Origin: Candidatus Nitrosotenuis sp. | GTDB taxonomy: Archaea; Thermoproteota; Nitrososphaeria; Nitrososphaerales; Nitrosopumilaceae | Direction: 5' to 3' | DNA length: 64,000 nucleotides | NCBI GenBank assembly: GCA_016844685.1 | Contig: JAENJF010000001.1 | Location: 2,205-66,204 of the forward strand | Shown here: positions 10,232 through 19,951 of the stretch, piece after piece | Layout: each line of letters starts with the position of its first letter | Numbering within the stretch: the first letter of the stretch is position 1 | Made by a program: the position numbers and the translations under genes | Notes under the pieces: generated by a model | What the model was told of the DNA's origin: nothing | Database searches by the model: none | Seen by the model: only the letters and a program-made list of their open reading frames with translations

Positions 10232-11677
10232 GTGAATAAGATTATCATTGTTTCTGCAATTTTAATAATTTTGACAATTACAGTATCATTATCTGTCATT
10301 GATCAGATGGCAATTGCAAAATCGCAAACAAAGATCCAATTTACAAAGACAGTTACCTCGTCTCATGATCCCGGAATAGGACAAGAGGGATTTCAATTTG
10401 CTCTACTCCTGTCTGCAAACCAGAATAGTCTGTATCACGGCTCTGTAACATACACATCGAGTGAACCAGTTGAGATCATAGTATTGCACGAGCTTGGCAA
10501 GCAGGATGTAAGGGGACAGGCAACATGGAGTGTTGATGGAAATACCATTTATGGAATTTCTGTAATAGCACCGCCATCAAAGGCAAACTCCCTTGACTTT
10601 ACTGGTGCAGCACTTGGATTTAGGAGCAAAGTCCCATTTACTACAACTGCAAGTGTAGATGGTTGGATAAGAGGGCAGCCAACAGAGGTGATTTTACAAA
10701 AAATAGAGCCAAAATCACAATCATTTGCGCTTCCAAAATCACATGTTCCAGTAAGCATTCCAATGCATTTGGGATTTTTTGCAGGTGGCCCTGTTTCATA
10801 TATTATTACAGATTCAAGTAATAAGACATTCGGAGACAGAATATCAGGCAAGCAGAATTGGCCAGTAGGGTTTTCGCCAAGGCTTGGAAAGGTGCCATCT
10901 TCTGCGCAAGATACGATTTACTCTTTTACAAATGGTATCAAAGGAGATGGCATGTATGGGTATCAAGGAGAGATATTCTCGAATAGTCCTGCCCAGTCTG
11001 ATTTGTACAGTCCCCTTCATTCCCTGATCACTGTATCATGGAAGATAGGACAAAAGGCCCAAATTCTAGATTCTGTAGAGGCAGTTCTAAAGGCAGAAAA
11101 AGAAAGCAGAATAAAACTGGTAAAAACAAACATGGTGATTAATACGCCACATGTATCGTGGCCTGGAGGACAGCTACAGCTAAGAAACAGTACTGACATC
11201 ACGGATGAGTCATCATTTGATAAAGGGCAGATTCTCTCAATTAGTAATGATACAAAAAAAGTAACTTTTGTCGCACATAGAGGGTGGGGGCCTGACGGTA
11301 GGACCACATACTATATCATAACTGATGCAACCCCAACAGGACCTGCGAATCTTTTGGGAGTGTCAGTTGCGCCAAAGCTTGCAAACGTATTATCAAATTC
11401 TATTGTTTCCGAAATGTACCAATTTAAAAATGGAGTTAGGGGACCGGGGCCTTTGGGATATCAGGCAAGCATTCTATCATCAACTCTAGAGGGAAATTAC
11501 ATTCCAGTTTGCCGAGTATCGATAGTAGAGTGGAATGATCCAATCTATGCGGGAATACTTGAAACAATTTCTGATATCAACAACAAAAAATCAGAAAAAA
11601 AGATAACAGTTCAGCTTGCAAGGCCGTTGAGCAATGACCATATTATGAATTGCCCATTAATAGAATCTCTTAACTAG
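10232..11677 (+). CDS. secreted/surface protein with an internally duplicated domain
   Basis: N-terminal signal/TM; two similar units YIITDSS...YSFTNGIKGDG.YGYQ...YSPL and YIITDAT...YQFKNGVRGPG.LGYQ...YIPV. Confidence 0.75.
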   Translation: MNKIIIVSAILIILTITVSLSVIDQMAIAKSQTKIQFTKTVTSSHDPGIGQEGFQFALLLSANQNSLYHGSVTYTSSEPVEIIVLHELGKQDVRGQATWSVDGNTIYGISVIAPPSKANSLDFTGAALGFRSKVPFTTTASVDGWIRGQPTEVILQKIEPKSQSFALPKSHVPVSIPMHLGFFAGGPVSYIITDSSNKTFGDRISGKQNWPVGFSPRLGKVPSSAQDTIYSFTNGIKGDGMYGYQGEIFSNSPAQSDLYSPLHSLITVSWKIGQKAQILDSVEAVLKAEKESRIKLVKTNMVINTPHVSWPGGQLQLRNSTDITDESSFDKGQILSISNDTKKVTFVAHRGWGPDGRTTYYIITDATPTGPANLLGVSVAPKLANVLSNSIVSEMYQFKNGVRGPGPLGYQASILSSTLEGNYIPVCRVSIVEWNDPIYAGILETISDINNKKSEKKITVQLARPLSNDHIMNCPLIESLN

Positions 11678-11722
11678 ATTACAAAACAAAGGATAAATTA
11701 TCTTATAGAAGACTAGGATCGC

Positions 11723-12493
11723 TTGGCAGGAAAACTCTACGTTGTTGGCGTCGGACCGGGAAGCCACGACCACATGACGTTTCGCGCAAAAGAGGTAATT
11801 GAGGAAAGTGACACCATAGTTGGGTATGATACCTACGTTAGTCTGGTTGAGGACCTCATCAAAGGAAAGGACATCTATAGATACGCAATGACTCAGGAAG
11901 TAGAACGTGCAAAGCAGTGCATAGAGTTGGCACAGGAAGGAAAGATAGTCTCGCTTGTATCAAGTGGCGATCCAGGAATCTATGGTATGGCGGGACTAAT
12001 TTATGAAACCCTAGCAGAGGCAGGATGGGATCCAAAAACAGGCTTAGAAGTAGAAATCATTCCAGGTGTGTCTGCTCTTAATTCATGTGCAGCTTTGGTT
12101 GGCTCACCGCTCATGACAGATTTTGCAGTTGTGTCAATGAGTGACCTTTTGGTTCCATGGGAAATCATAACAAAAAGAGTAGAGGCAGCAGCCCAAGGTG
12201 ACTATGTAATTGTAATTTACAATCCGTCAAGCAAAAAAAGAATTCACCAGCTGCAAGACACAAGAAAGCTTTTGCTGAAATATCGCAAACCAAGCACTCC
12301 TGTTGCAATAATTAAAGGAGCATTTCGTGATTCCCAAACAATAGTCATGACAGACCTGGAAAACATGGAAGAGCATGCAGATAAGCTTGGCATGATAAGT
12401 ACCGTAATAATTGGAAATTCTTCAACCTATAACTTCAAAAATCTTATGATTAATCCTCGCGGCTATACATCAAAGTATAATCTGCAGAGCTAA
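11723..12493 (+). CDS. cbiH: precorrin-3B C17-methyltransferase (CobJ/CbiH)
   Basis: LYVVGVGPG, SSGDPGIYGMAG, DFAVVSMSDLLVPWE, NPRGY. Confidence 0.93.
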   Translation: MAGKLYVVGVGPGSHDHMTFRAKEVIEESDTIVGYDTYVSLVEDLIKGKDIYRYAMTQEVERAKQCIELAQEGKIVSLVSSGDPGIYGMAGLIYETLAEAGWDPKTGLEVEIIPGVSALNSCAALVGSPLMTDFAVVSMSDLLVPWEIITKRVEAAAQGDYVIVIYNPSSKKRIHQLQDTRKLLLKYRKPSTPVAIIKGAFRDSQTIVMTDLENMEEHADKLGMISTVIIGNSSTYNFKNLMINPRGYTSKYNLQS

Positions 12494-13530
12494 ACGCTAT
12501 TTTTTATTGTGGAATATAGATCCGGGTCCAGCGTAAGCTTGTCTCGGATTGGGGCAATTATTTTTATTAAATGATCTGCAACCGTTTGTTTTAGATCCGA
12601 CGGGTGCAGTTTTCCCGAGGCAAAATCCGATTCAAGCTGCAAATAATTGACATATGTTACATTTCCCCCGAATTTTTGTGGCCTTGCAACATAGATTTCG
12701 TTGAATTCATGGAAAATCACATTCTTTGCTATTTGTAAAATTGGATTATTTGGTATTTTTGCAACATCGCACCAAGCCTTTTTTATTTTGTTTCCTATTT
12801 CATCATCAGAATCATGAATAAAAATTCCTGAACCAGGCTTTGATTTGCTCATTTTTGATCCTAAATCATCATCTGGTACTGGTTCCAATAATCCTGGAAG
12901 CAAGCTGTGGTGTACTGCAACTGGAACTTTCCACTTCATTTTTGGAAAGATTTCTCGAACAAGCATGTGGATTTTTCTCTGATCCATTCCTGCATGTGCT
13001 ATGTCAATATCCATGGAATGAATGTCAACTGCCTGCATCGGAGGATAGAGAAGCTTTGCTAGGTCTATTTTTTCCTCGCTTTCGGATCTTCCCATTATGG
13101 TAAGTGTTCTCATGGTTCTTGCAAGTGACATGTGTTTTGTAAACTGGACCAGGTCTTTCCAGTATTCTTTTGTGGAATCATATAATTCGGTTCCATGAAT
13201 TATTCCTATACCAGGACATACTATTTTGAAGGCATCCTCATAATATTTTGAAACCTTGGAAATTATTTCCCAGTTTCCGCCAAGCTTGTCGTTGATTAAG
13301 GTATGCCAGTCAGCCAAAAAGACATTGCACTGTACACCTGCTTTGATAAAGTCATTAATTTTAAATCCCGTACTGATTAGGCTGCCCAGGTGGAGAAACC
13401 CGGAAATCTCTAGTCCTATGTAGTGCTTTGGTTTTGAATTTGTTTCAAAAAGATTTGTCAGTTCTTCCTTTGTTACTATTTCCTCAGTTGGTGGCCTTGA
13501 GACAAGCTCTACCTTTGTTGTAACATCCAA
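12490..13530 (-). CDS. tyrS: tyrosine--tRNA ligase
   Basis: YIGLEISGFLHLG (HIGH-like), YPPMQAVD, GMDQRKIH, KMSKS. Confidence 0.95.
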   Translation of the reverse strand: MDVTTKVELVSRPPTEEIVTKEELTNLFETNSKPKHYIGLEISGFLHLGSLISTGFKINDFIKAGVQCNVFLADWHTLINDKLGGNWEIISKVSKYYEDAFKIVCPGIGIIHGTELYDSTKEYWKDLVQFTKHMSLARTMRTLTIMGRSESEEKIDLAKLLYPPMQAVDIHSMDIDIAHAGMDQRKIHMLVREIFPKMKWKVPVAVHHSLLPGLLEPVPDDDLGSKMSKSKPGSGIFIHDSDDEIGNKIKKAWCDVAKIPNNPILQIAKNVIFHEFNEIYVARPQKFGGNVTYVNYLQLESDFASGKLHPSDLKQTVADHLIKIIAPIRDKLTLDPDLYSTIKNSV

Positions 13531-13586
13531 TTTGGTTCAACTTTTACTTGTAAGCCTATAAAGCTAATGACCATATTATGAAAATA

Positions 13587-14057
13587 TCATTGAGATATGT
13601 TCTTGAATGCTTCTTGGGCTGCCTTGATTGCTTCAGAAGGCATATCTCTTTTGTGAGTGGCAATTCCCCAACGATGGCCAAACGGATCCTCCACAGTTCC
13701 ATATCTGTCTCCCCAGAACGTATCCATGAGTGGCATTAGAGGTTTGGCGCCTGCCAAAACAGCCTTGTTAAAGACAGAATCGGCATCTTCAACATACAAA
13801 TGAATCATTGTACCAGTTCCGCCAATTGACTGTGGGGAATGGCAGTCCATTTGTGGAAACTCATCATTTAGCATTACGATGGAGTTTCCAATTTTGATTT
13901 CTGCATGCATTATGGTTTTTCCATCAGGACTTGAAAATCGAAAAATCTCTTGCGCGTTAAATGCCTTTTTGTAAAACTCGATTGCCTTTACTGCTTCACG
14001 TACTGTTATGGTAGGCGTAACTGTACTAAAACCATCTGGGATAGGTTTTACTGACAT
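13587..14057 (-). CDS. VOC/glyoxalase (PhnB-like) family protein
   Basis: AIEFYKKAF, HAEIKIG, DTFWGDRYGTVEDPFGHRW. Confidence 0.92.
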   Translation of the reverse strand: MSVKPIPDGFSTVTPTITVREAVKAIEFYKKAFNAQEIFRFSSPDGKTIMHAEIKIGNSIVMLNDEFPQMDCHSPQSIGGTGTMIHLYVEDADSVFNKAVLAGAKPLMPLMDTFWGDRYGTVEDPFGHRWGIATHKRDMPSEAIKAAQEAFKNISQ

Positions 14058-14105
14058 GATAAGAAAGTCTAAACATTTGTTTTAAACATTTTTCCGAGTT
14101 TAGAT

Positions 14106-14672
14106 TTACAGGTCTATGTCATCTACTGATTTTCTTGGCTTTGTGCTAAGATAGAACGCATGAGTGCTAATAAGAAATCCTGCAAGCCACATCTTTGTTG
14201 CAAAAATCAGATTCCACGGTCTTGCTGGATCAGGATATGCAATTGTAAGTGAGTCAATGTCTGGCACGTTTCCATCCCTGATTCCAGCTGTAACTTGCGC
14301 GTTGAGCACCATAAAGTTGTACAAGACCTCATAAAGGCAAATAACAGTTAATCCCAAAAGTAAGAGCTGGAGTAGTGCCATCTTCCATGTGTAGAGTCTT
14401 ACGGTTCTTTTCCAACCTATTCGTGAACAACAGTACCAGCCGATAATTGTGGAAAAGAACAGCCAGGTTGTAAGCTTGGCAAAATGTGGGAATGGGAATT
14501 CGGTTTTTACCAAGACTTCGCCAAACACATATGTTCCATGTGCGCTCCATTCTTGCAGCATTGCATAGACGCCATAAACTGTAATTGATAGCATCAAAAA
14601 TGAGCAAGCATAGAAAATATACAGAAATACCTTGTAGCCTGTTTCGTTTTCACGCAAGTAATTCACTTTCAT
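14106..14672 (-). CDS. hypothetical membrane protein (about 4 TM)
   Basis: 188-aa ORF with four hydrophobic segments. Confidence 0.75.
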   Translation of the reverse strand: MKVNYLRENETGYKVFLYIFYACSFLMLSITVYGVYAMLQEWSAHGTYVFGEVLVKTEFPFPHFAKLTTWLFFSTIIGWYCCSRIGWKRTVRLYTWKMALLQLLLLGLTVICLYEVLYNFMVLNAQVTAGIRDGNVPDIDSLTIAYPDPARPWNLIFATKMWLAGFLISTHAFYLSTKPRKSVDDIDL

Positions 14673-14743
14673 TTATGTCACGACTCTAAGTACTAGTTAT
14701 AAAAATTAATCAAGTTTATTAGCGTTATTTAGAAAAGCGAATC

Positions 14744-15829
14744 ATGGCGGTTCCAGTAAATATTCCAATTATTGGAAAAGAAGAGGTTTCTGAGGTTATA
14801 TCTGTCCTAAGGAATGGTGCGCTTACCTCCGCTGCAAATCTTGGCGGAAAAAATGTTCAAGAGTTTGAAAAGCTGGTATCCTCTTTTGTAAAATCAAAGT
14901 ATGCCGTAGCAGTAAACTCAGGCACCGCCGCATTGCAAGCAGCACTATACGCACTAGACATAAAAAGTGGCGATGAGGTCCTTTTGCCCTCTTTTACCTT
15001 TGTTGCAACGGCAAATGCTGTTGTGTCAGTTGGCGCAAAGCCAGTCTTTGTTGATATCAAAAAGGACAATTACACGATGAATCCTGTCGATTTGAAAAAA
15101 AAGATTACAAAAAAATCAAAGGCGATAATTCCAGTTCACCTATATGGTAATGTTGCATATATGGATGAAATTTCCGAGATTGCAAGCAAGCATAATTTGC
15201 ACATAATTGAGGATGCCGCACAATCCATGGGATCAAGCTACAAAGGAAAACAAACCGGTACATTTTCTGAGCTTGGTTGCTTTAGCTTGTATGCTGCAAA
15301 GGTAATGACATCAGGTGAAGGCGGAGTTATAGTTACAAGCAACAAGAAATTGTGGGAAAAACTCCTCATGATAAGAAATCATGGAATGGTTCACGGATAT
15401 GATACAAGAGTGCTTGGCCTAAATTTCAGGCTGCCAGAGATTAATGCCGCAATTGCCAAGGTCCAAATGAAAAAGTTGCCAAAATTTTTGCTCAAGCGAA
15501 GGAAAAACGCAAAAATCCTAACGGACTTACTTTTAGGTTTGGATCTGACTCTTCCGCAAAAAAGAAAGTACGAGGAGGTAAACTGGTATCTTTACACAGT
15601 TGCCACAAAATCAAGAGACAGAATAATGAAAGATTTGAATGCAAACGGAATTGGCGCTGCGATTTATTATTCTACACCTGTCCACAAAACACCATATTAT
15701 GGTAAAAAGCTAAGTCTGCCAGTTACTGACTGGGCTGCAAGCAGTGTTATTTCCTTGCCAGTACAGCCGATGGTTACAGAAGACAATTTGAGGCTGACTG
15801 CTAGAATAATCCGCGGTATACTGGCTTGA
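14744..15829 (+). CDS. DegT/DnrJ/EryC1/StrS-family aminotransferase
   Basis: NSGTAAL, PSFTFVAT, PVHLYG, EDAAQS, SLYAAKVMTSGEGG. Confidence 0.93.
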   Translation: MAVPVNIPIIGKEEVSEVISVLRNGALTSAANLGGKNVQEFEKLVSSFVKSKYAVAVNSGTAALQAALYALDIKSGDEVLLPSFTFVATANAVVSVGAKPVFVDIKKDNYTMNPVDLKKKITKKSKAIIPVHLYGNVAYMDEISEIASKHNLHIIEDAAQSMGSSYKGKQTGTFSELGCFSLYAAKVMTSGEGGVIVTSNKKLWEKLLMIRNHGMVHGYDTRVLGLNFRLPEINAAIAKVQMKKLPKFLLKRRKNAKILTDLLLGLDLTLPQKRKYEEVNWYLYTVATKSRDRIMKDLNANGIGAAIYYSTPVHKTPYYGKKLSLPVTDWAASSVISLPVQPMVTEDNLRLTARIIRGILA

Positions 15830-16281
15830 ATTCGCTATCAGACATAGCAGGAGAAATTTGCAAGCTAGTATTTCCCATACACGGGGAGGTTTTTCTTGGC
15901 AATAACGAATCATCGGTTGCTATCTGTACTCTATCAAGCATGGATCTCTTAAAAGAGATATCAAGTTCTGGATTAATGAAAAAAATTGCAATAGCTGGAA
16001 GATTACTCTCTGAAAACAAGGGAATTGACGCGCTGGTTTGCAACATTATCAAAAACCAGAACATTAAGACTCTCATTGTTTGTGGAAAAGAAGTTTCTGG
16101 CCACAAAACAGGCCACGCCCTGATGTCATTATACAAATACGGTATTGACCATAACAACAGAATAGTAAACTCGCACAGTCCAAGCCCGTTTCTTACTGTT
16201 TCAAAGTCCGATGTGGAAAAATTTCAACAGATCACAGTTGTTGATAAAATTGGAGAGGCTAGACTAGACAGAATTATCTAA
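15826..16281 (+). CDS. stand-alone MtrA-like (corrinoid-binding) domain protein
   Basis: VAICTLSS, AGRLLSENKGID, NIKTLIVCGKEVSGH.TG resemble the MtrA core; no C-terminal TM. Confidence 0.75.
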   Translation: MNSLSDIAGEICKLVFPIHGEVFLGNNESSVAICTLSSMDLLKEISSSGLMKKIAIAGRLLSENKGIDALVCNIIKNQNIKTLIVCGKEVSGHKTGHALMSLYKYGIDHNNRIVNSHSPSPFLTVSKSDVEKFQQITVVDKIGEARLDRII

Positions 16282-16283
16282 AG

Positions 16284-16613
16284 CTAGTATCCATTTTTCT
16301 GTCTGTTTCGGTTGATTTCATTTTTTCTCTTGTATTCTTCTAGTATGTCATCAGGTGTCAGATTTAGCTCAAGTGATGCTTGTACCACAAAATGCCAGAT
16401 ATCAATTAGTTCTTCTCTTGCGTCTACAACATTAAACGGAGTAGGTTTTTTCCACCACTTCCAATTTGTCGTGCGCTGCAATTCAACTGCCTCATGAATT
16501 ATCGCAGTACATAATACAGATATTTTACCTTCGGCGTCTTTTGGGTATCTGTCAAGGTTCATCATTCCCTCAAGTCCTTTTTGGAGTGAGAAAATTGATT
16601 CTAGTTTATCCAT
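16284..16613 (-). CDS. all-alpha dimeric dUTPase-family protein
   Basis: HEAVEL...WKWWK...EELIDIWHF...YKRKNEINRNRQKNGY. Confidence 0.88.
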   Translation of the reverse strand: MDKLESIFSLQKGLEGMMNLDRYPKDAEGKISVLCTAIIHEAVELQRTTNWKWWKKPTPFNVVDAREELIDIWHFVVQASLELNLTPDDILEEYKRKNEINRNRQKNGY

Positions 16614-16646
16614 GATTTGGTTTTTGGATTTGTTGTGTATAACCTT

Positions 16647-17540
16647 TCAGAAATCAATCATTTTTTGGTATTGTTGTATTCGGGCTTGGATTTTTTTCTT
16701 GTTTGTATTGAACAATCCGTCTAAACCAAATCTTTCTACTGCAAATGACCCCAAGACATTCCCATAGATTACAGATTTTTTTATGTCGTCAAGTCTCGTG
16801 CTTTTTTTGCTTGCCAAATATCCAATCATTGCACCTGCAAACGAATCGCCAGCCCCAGTTGGATCTACAATATCTTCAAGTGAAAACGCAACAGATGGGA
16901 AAATAACATCCTCAAAAAAGAGAAGTGAGCCATGCTCACCTTTTTTGATGATTATATATTTTGCACCCCAACTCATCATCTTTTTTGCACATTTGATCAG
17001 ATTGTGTTCTTTTGTGAGAAGTTTTGCCTCTTCATCATTAATTACAACAGCATCCACATTTTTTATCATCTTTATAACAGAGTTACGCTTTGTTGAAATC
17101 CAAAATTCTATAGTATCGCACATTGAAAATTTTACGTTGTCAAATTCTTGTATTAATAATGAGTTTTGATCCGGATCATTGTTTGCAAGATATACAAATT
17201 CCGATTTTTTGTAAGAATCTGGAACCTTTGGCCTAAATGTACCAAGAACATTCAGTTCAGTCTTGTTGGTTGTTCTGGTACTGAGAGTATCATCATAGCT
17301 GCCGTCATAACGAAACGTTTTTCCTTTTTGAATCACAAATCCTTGCAGATCAAGATATTTTGAAAGTATGTTGTGGTATTTTTTTGGAAAGTCAGTTCCA
17401 ACCACAGCAATTAATCCAGTGTCCACAAAAAAACTGGCAGATATTCCAGCAAAGGTTGCCGCACCACCCAAAACATCCTTGAGAATTTTGCTTGGAGTCC
17501 TTATGGTGTCTAGCGCAGTTGAACCAAAAACAGTAAGCAT
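16647..17540 (-). CDS. PfkB/ribokinase-family kinase
   Basis: GGAATFA, NDEEA, DPTGAGDSFAG. Confidence 0.93.
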   Translation of the reverse strand: MLTVFGSTALDTIRTPSKILKDVLGGAATFAGISASFFVDTGLIAVVGTDFPKKYHNILSKYLDLQGFVIQKGKTFRYDGSYDDTLSTRTTNKTELNVLGTFRPKVPDSYKKSEFVYLANNDPDQNSLLIQEFDNVKFSMCDTIEFWISTKRNSVIKMIKNVDAVVINDEEAKLLTKEHNLIKCAKKMMSWGAKYIIIKKGEHGSLLFFEDVIFPSVAFSLEDIVDPTGAGDSFAGAMIGYLASKKSTRLDDIKKSVIYGNVLGSFAVERFGLDGLFNTNKKKIQARIQQYQKMIDF

Positions 17541-17552
17541 TATTTAGAAAAA

Positions 17553-17999
17553 TTAAGAGTCTTGTATAAATTCTCTAGTTTGGTCTTGTGTTGGATAGTA
17601 CGTGAATGGCACGTCAAGTGTAGCAAACAACAACTGATATTTTGTAGTTCCAGAGATTTTTACCTGTGAATTCTTGGAGTCTGTATTATGATCTTTTAGA
17701 AAGATGCCGTTTGTCGTTACTTTGCCCATTGCCGGAAGCATGAATGGATCCAAGATCCCACCCCCAAGTGTTTTATCCTCTGTGGATAATGTAAAGTCGG
17801 TTTTTCCTGCATTAAGCATCAATAATGTCGGATTTTTGAATTCTAGCTCCAAGTTGTATAATGAGCCTTTGTCGGTTTTTTCAATCAATTTGCTGTTAGT
17901 TATTGCGACACTTATCTGCGAAGCTGATGCATATTGAATATATCCAAATACAGCAATGCCTATTATGGCTAGAACGACAGCGACTGATTTTTTACCCAT
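17553..17999 (-). CDS. membrane-anchored LEA_2/WHy-like protein
   Basis: N-terminal TM followed by a beta-rich domain with FKNPT motif. Confidence 0.6.
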   Translation of the reverse strand: MGKKSVAVVLAIIGIAVFGYIQYASASQISVAITNSKLIEKTDKGSLYNLELEFKNPTLLMLNAGKTDFTLSTEDKTLGGGILDPFMLPAMGKVTTNGIFLKDHNTDSKNSQVKISGTTKYQLLFATLDVPFTYYPTQDQTREFIQDS

Positions 18000-18132
18000 G
18001 CCTGTAGATCAAAAATTTGCTTTTGTATAACTGGGGCAAAAAATTTCCGATAAGATGTGTAAAATTTTTGATCCAATCTTAAAGCTACTTAGAGCTAGTA
18101 GAATAAATGAAAATTTATCATTTTTAATACAA

Positions 18133-18627
18133 ATGGCAAAGATTAGGCTCAGATTCGGTGAAAATGAAGTAGAGGTCGAATCTAGGGATTTTTACATCGA
18201 TAATGAAACAATAGGACAAGTAATTTCTGATCTTACAAGTAGGCTTGGAGAAGGTAGAGCCAGAATTATTAGTGATGAGGTCATTTCGTTAGAGCCGCCA
18301 AAGGAAATAACGCAGACATACCAGGCAAATTTGGATTATCTAAAGATACTAAACGATGCAGAGGTGCACGAGCCAGAATTTTCACCCCCAACTCTAGTAC
18401 AACAAGACGAATTGCCAAGTAAGATAGAACTGTTAGAAAGGAACATGTTCTTTGCAAAGCCAAGGACCGTCTCAGAAACAGTAGAGCACCTAAGAGAATA
18501 TGGTTGGCTTGCAAGTCCGCTTGATGTATCAAAAGCACTAGCAAGGATGGCCTTTCATAAGGAACTTTTGAAAAACTCGCAGGAAAACAAAACCTACTAT
18601 TTCAAAGAACCGCAGATCATCGGCTAA
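18133..18627 (+). CDS. hypothetical protein with C-terminal winged-helix-like domain
   Basis: FFAKPRTVSETVEHL...DVSKALARM...KTYY; start taken at MAKIRLRFG. Confidence 0.65.
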   Translation: MAKIRLRFGENEVEVESRDFYIDNETIGQVISDLTSRLGEGRARIISDEVISLEPPKEITQTYQANLDYLKILNDAEVHEPEFSPPTLVQQDELPSKIELLERNMFFAKPRTVSETVEHLREYGWLASPLDVSKALARMAFHKELLKNSQENKTYYFKEPQIIG

Positions 18628-18632
18628 TCACA

Positions 18633-18812
18633 TCATTTGCAGATATCGCATTTGTCAAATATTGTACCGTCCAGATGATCAAAGTGTGTATTGCATTTTT
18701 TGCAGGTATGGTGTATGTCAAAATACCCATCAGCTTCAGTATTTCCTACTTGAAACGATTCAAGGTTGGTACTCTTACATCTTATGCAACGACAGCCGCA
18801 GTCACATTTCAT
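18633..18812 (-). CDS. small Cys/His-rich metal-binding protein (59 aa; not in ORF track)
   Basis: Hand translation MKCDCGCRCIRCKSTNLESFQVGNTEADGYFDIHHTCKKCNTHFDHLDGTIFDKCDICK. Confidence 0.7.
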   Translation of the reverse strand: MKCDCGCRCIRCKSTNLESFQVGNTEADGYFDIHHTCKKCNTHFDHLDGTIFDKCDICK

Positions 18813-18907
18813 AGACTGTTCTCAAGTGATTTCTATTAATAGATTCACAGTTTTGATTTTTGTAAAACATTGAATGCTATTATACTATTTTTCTCTATAA
18901 CATATTG

Positions 18908-19063
18908 TTGGCAAAAAAACGAATCATACCAGAAGAAATTGACGATCATTTCAAATTGTATGGTAAGGAACCATGGGAAGTCTACTATGGGGAAAAATGC
19001 CCCATATGTAATGTAAGAATTGACGAATATGGGTTTTGTTCCTGCGGTTCTAGTGGAGACTAA
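18908..19063 (+). CDS. small zinc-finger-like protein (51 aa; not in ORF track)
   Basis: Hand translation from TTG: MAKKRIIPEEIDDHFKLYGKEPWEVYYGEKCPICNVRIDEYGFCSCGSSGD (CPIC...CSC). Confidence 0.7.
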   Translation: MAKKRIIPEEIDDHFKLYGKEPWEVYYGEKCPICNVRIDEYGFCSCGSSGD

Positions 19064-19943
19064 ATTTGTTTTTGTATCTTGCAACAACGATCATTGCAGA
19101 ACCAAATATCAAGAGTGTTGCTAGTGGGAATTCCGGAACTGCCGAAGCGCCAATTATTTCTACCGTGCCTGTTTTGTCAGGCTTTATACCAAGCCATATG
19201 TTTTTGTCGTCTGAATAAAATTCATGATCTAGTGTGGCATTCCCATTAAGAAGTACCTGGTAAGGATTCCAAAGTAATTCGAGAGGTATGATCAGTATAA
19301 TGTATTTGTTTTCATCGTTTACATCAAAACTGATTTTTTTATTTGGCTGATCAAATTTGAATGATGCAATATCGCCAGATGTCATGATTTTTACATCAAA
19401 TTTTTTGTCTTGCCATTTAACTTGCTTTACAACTTCTGTCATGTCTAATTCATATTCTAGTTTCATTTGGCAGCCATGACAATTGATTCCTTTTTTGTCG
19501 GCAAGATTAATTGGATTTCCATTTATAAATATCAAGTTTGCTTTTTCTGGAAGATAGAATTTGGTGTCTTCAGGATACTGATAGTCCCAAGACCACATTC
19601 CATCCTTCATTGTTACTATATTCTTTAGATCATACTCAATGAGAGTTTTTTTATCTGTTGAAAAGAGCATGAAGCTCTGGTTTTGCCCGCCCACTTGTCC
19701 ATATTGAGGAGTGCCGCCATTCTCATCCTTTATTTGTAAATTAGTAAAGTTATTTTGGATAACAGTTACTTGTTGAGCCCGCGTGTTTGATTCCACGACA
19801 TGAATAACATGGGCATCTCCATCTTCATTTATTATGATTTTTACCTCCTGGTTTGCAGGCGCGCCAAGTGTTATTTCTTGAGCAAATGATGTACTTGATG
19901 AAAATAATACAGCAAATATTATTCCAAGAATGACTTTTTTCAT
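19050..19943 (-). CDS. surface protein with PEF(G)-CTERM-type sorting signal
   Basis: Signal peptide; C-terminal VPEFP + TM helix + basic tail. Confidence 0.82.
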   Translation of the reverse strand: MKKVILGIIFAVLFSSSTSFAQEITLGAPANQEVKIIINEDGDAHVIHVVESNTRAQQVTVIQNNFTNLQIKDENGGTPQYGQVGGQNQSFMLFSTDKKTLIEYDLKNIVTMKDGMWSWDYQYPEDTKFYLPEKANLIFINGNPINLADKKGINCHGCQMKLEYELDMTEVVKQVKWQDKKFDVKIMTSGDIASFKFDQPNKKISFDVNDENKYIILIIPLELLWNPYQVLLNGNATLDHEFYSDDKNIWLGIKPDKTGTVEIIGASAVPEFPLATLLIFGSAMIVVARYKNKFSLH

Positions 19944-19951
19944 TAATTTCC

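Noticed and set aside
18845-19087. Track ORF on - (80 aa)
   Set aside because: It is antisense to the more convincing Zn-finger-like ORF 18908-19063(+)
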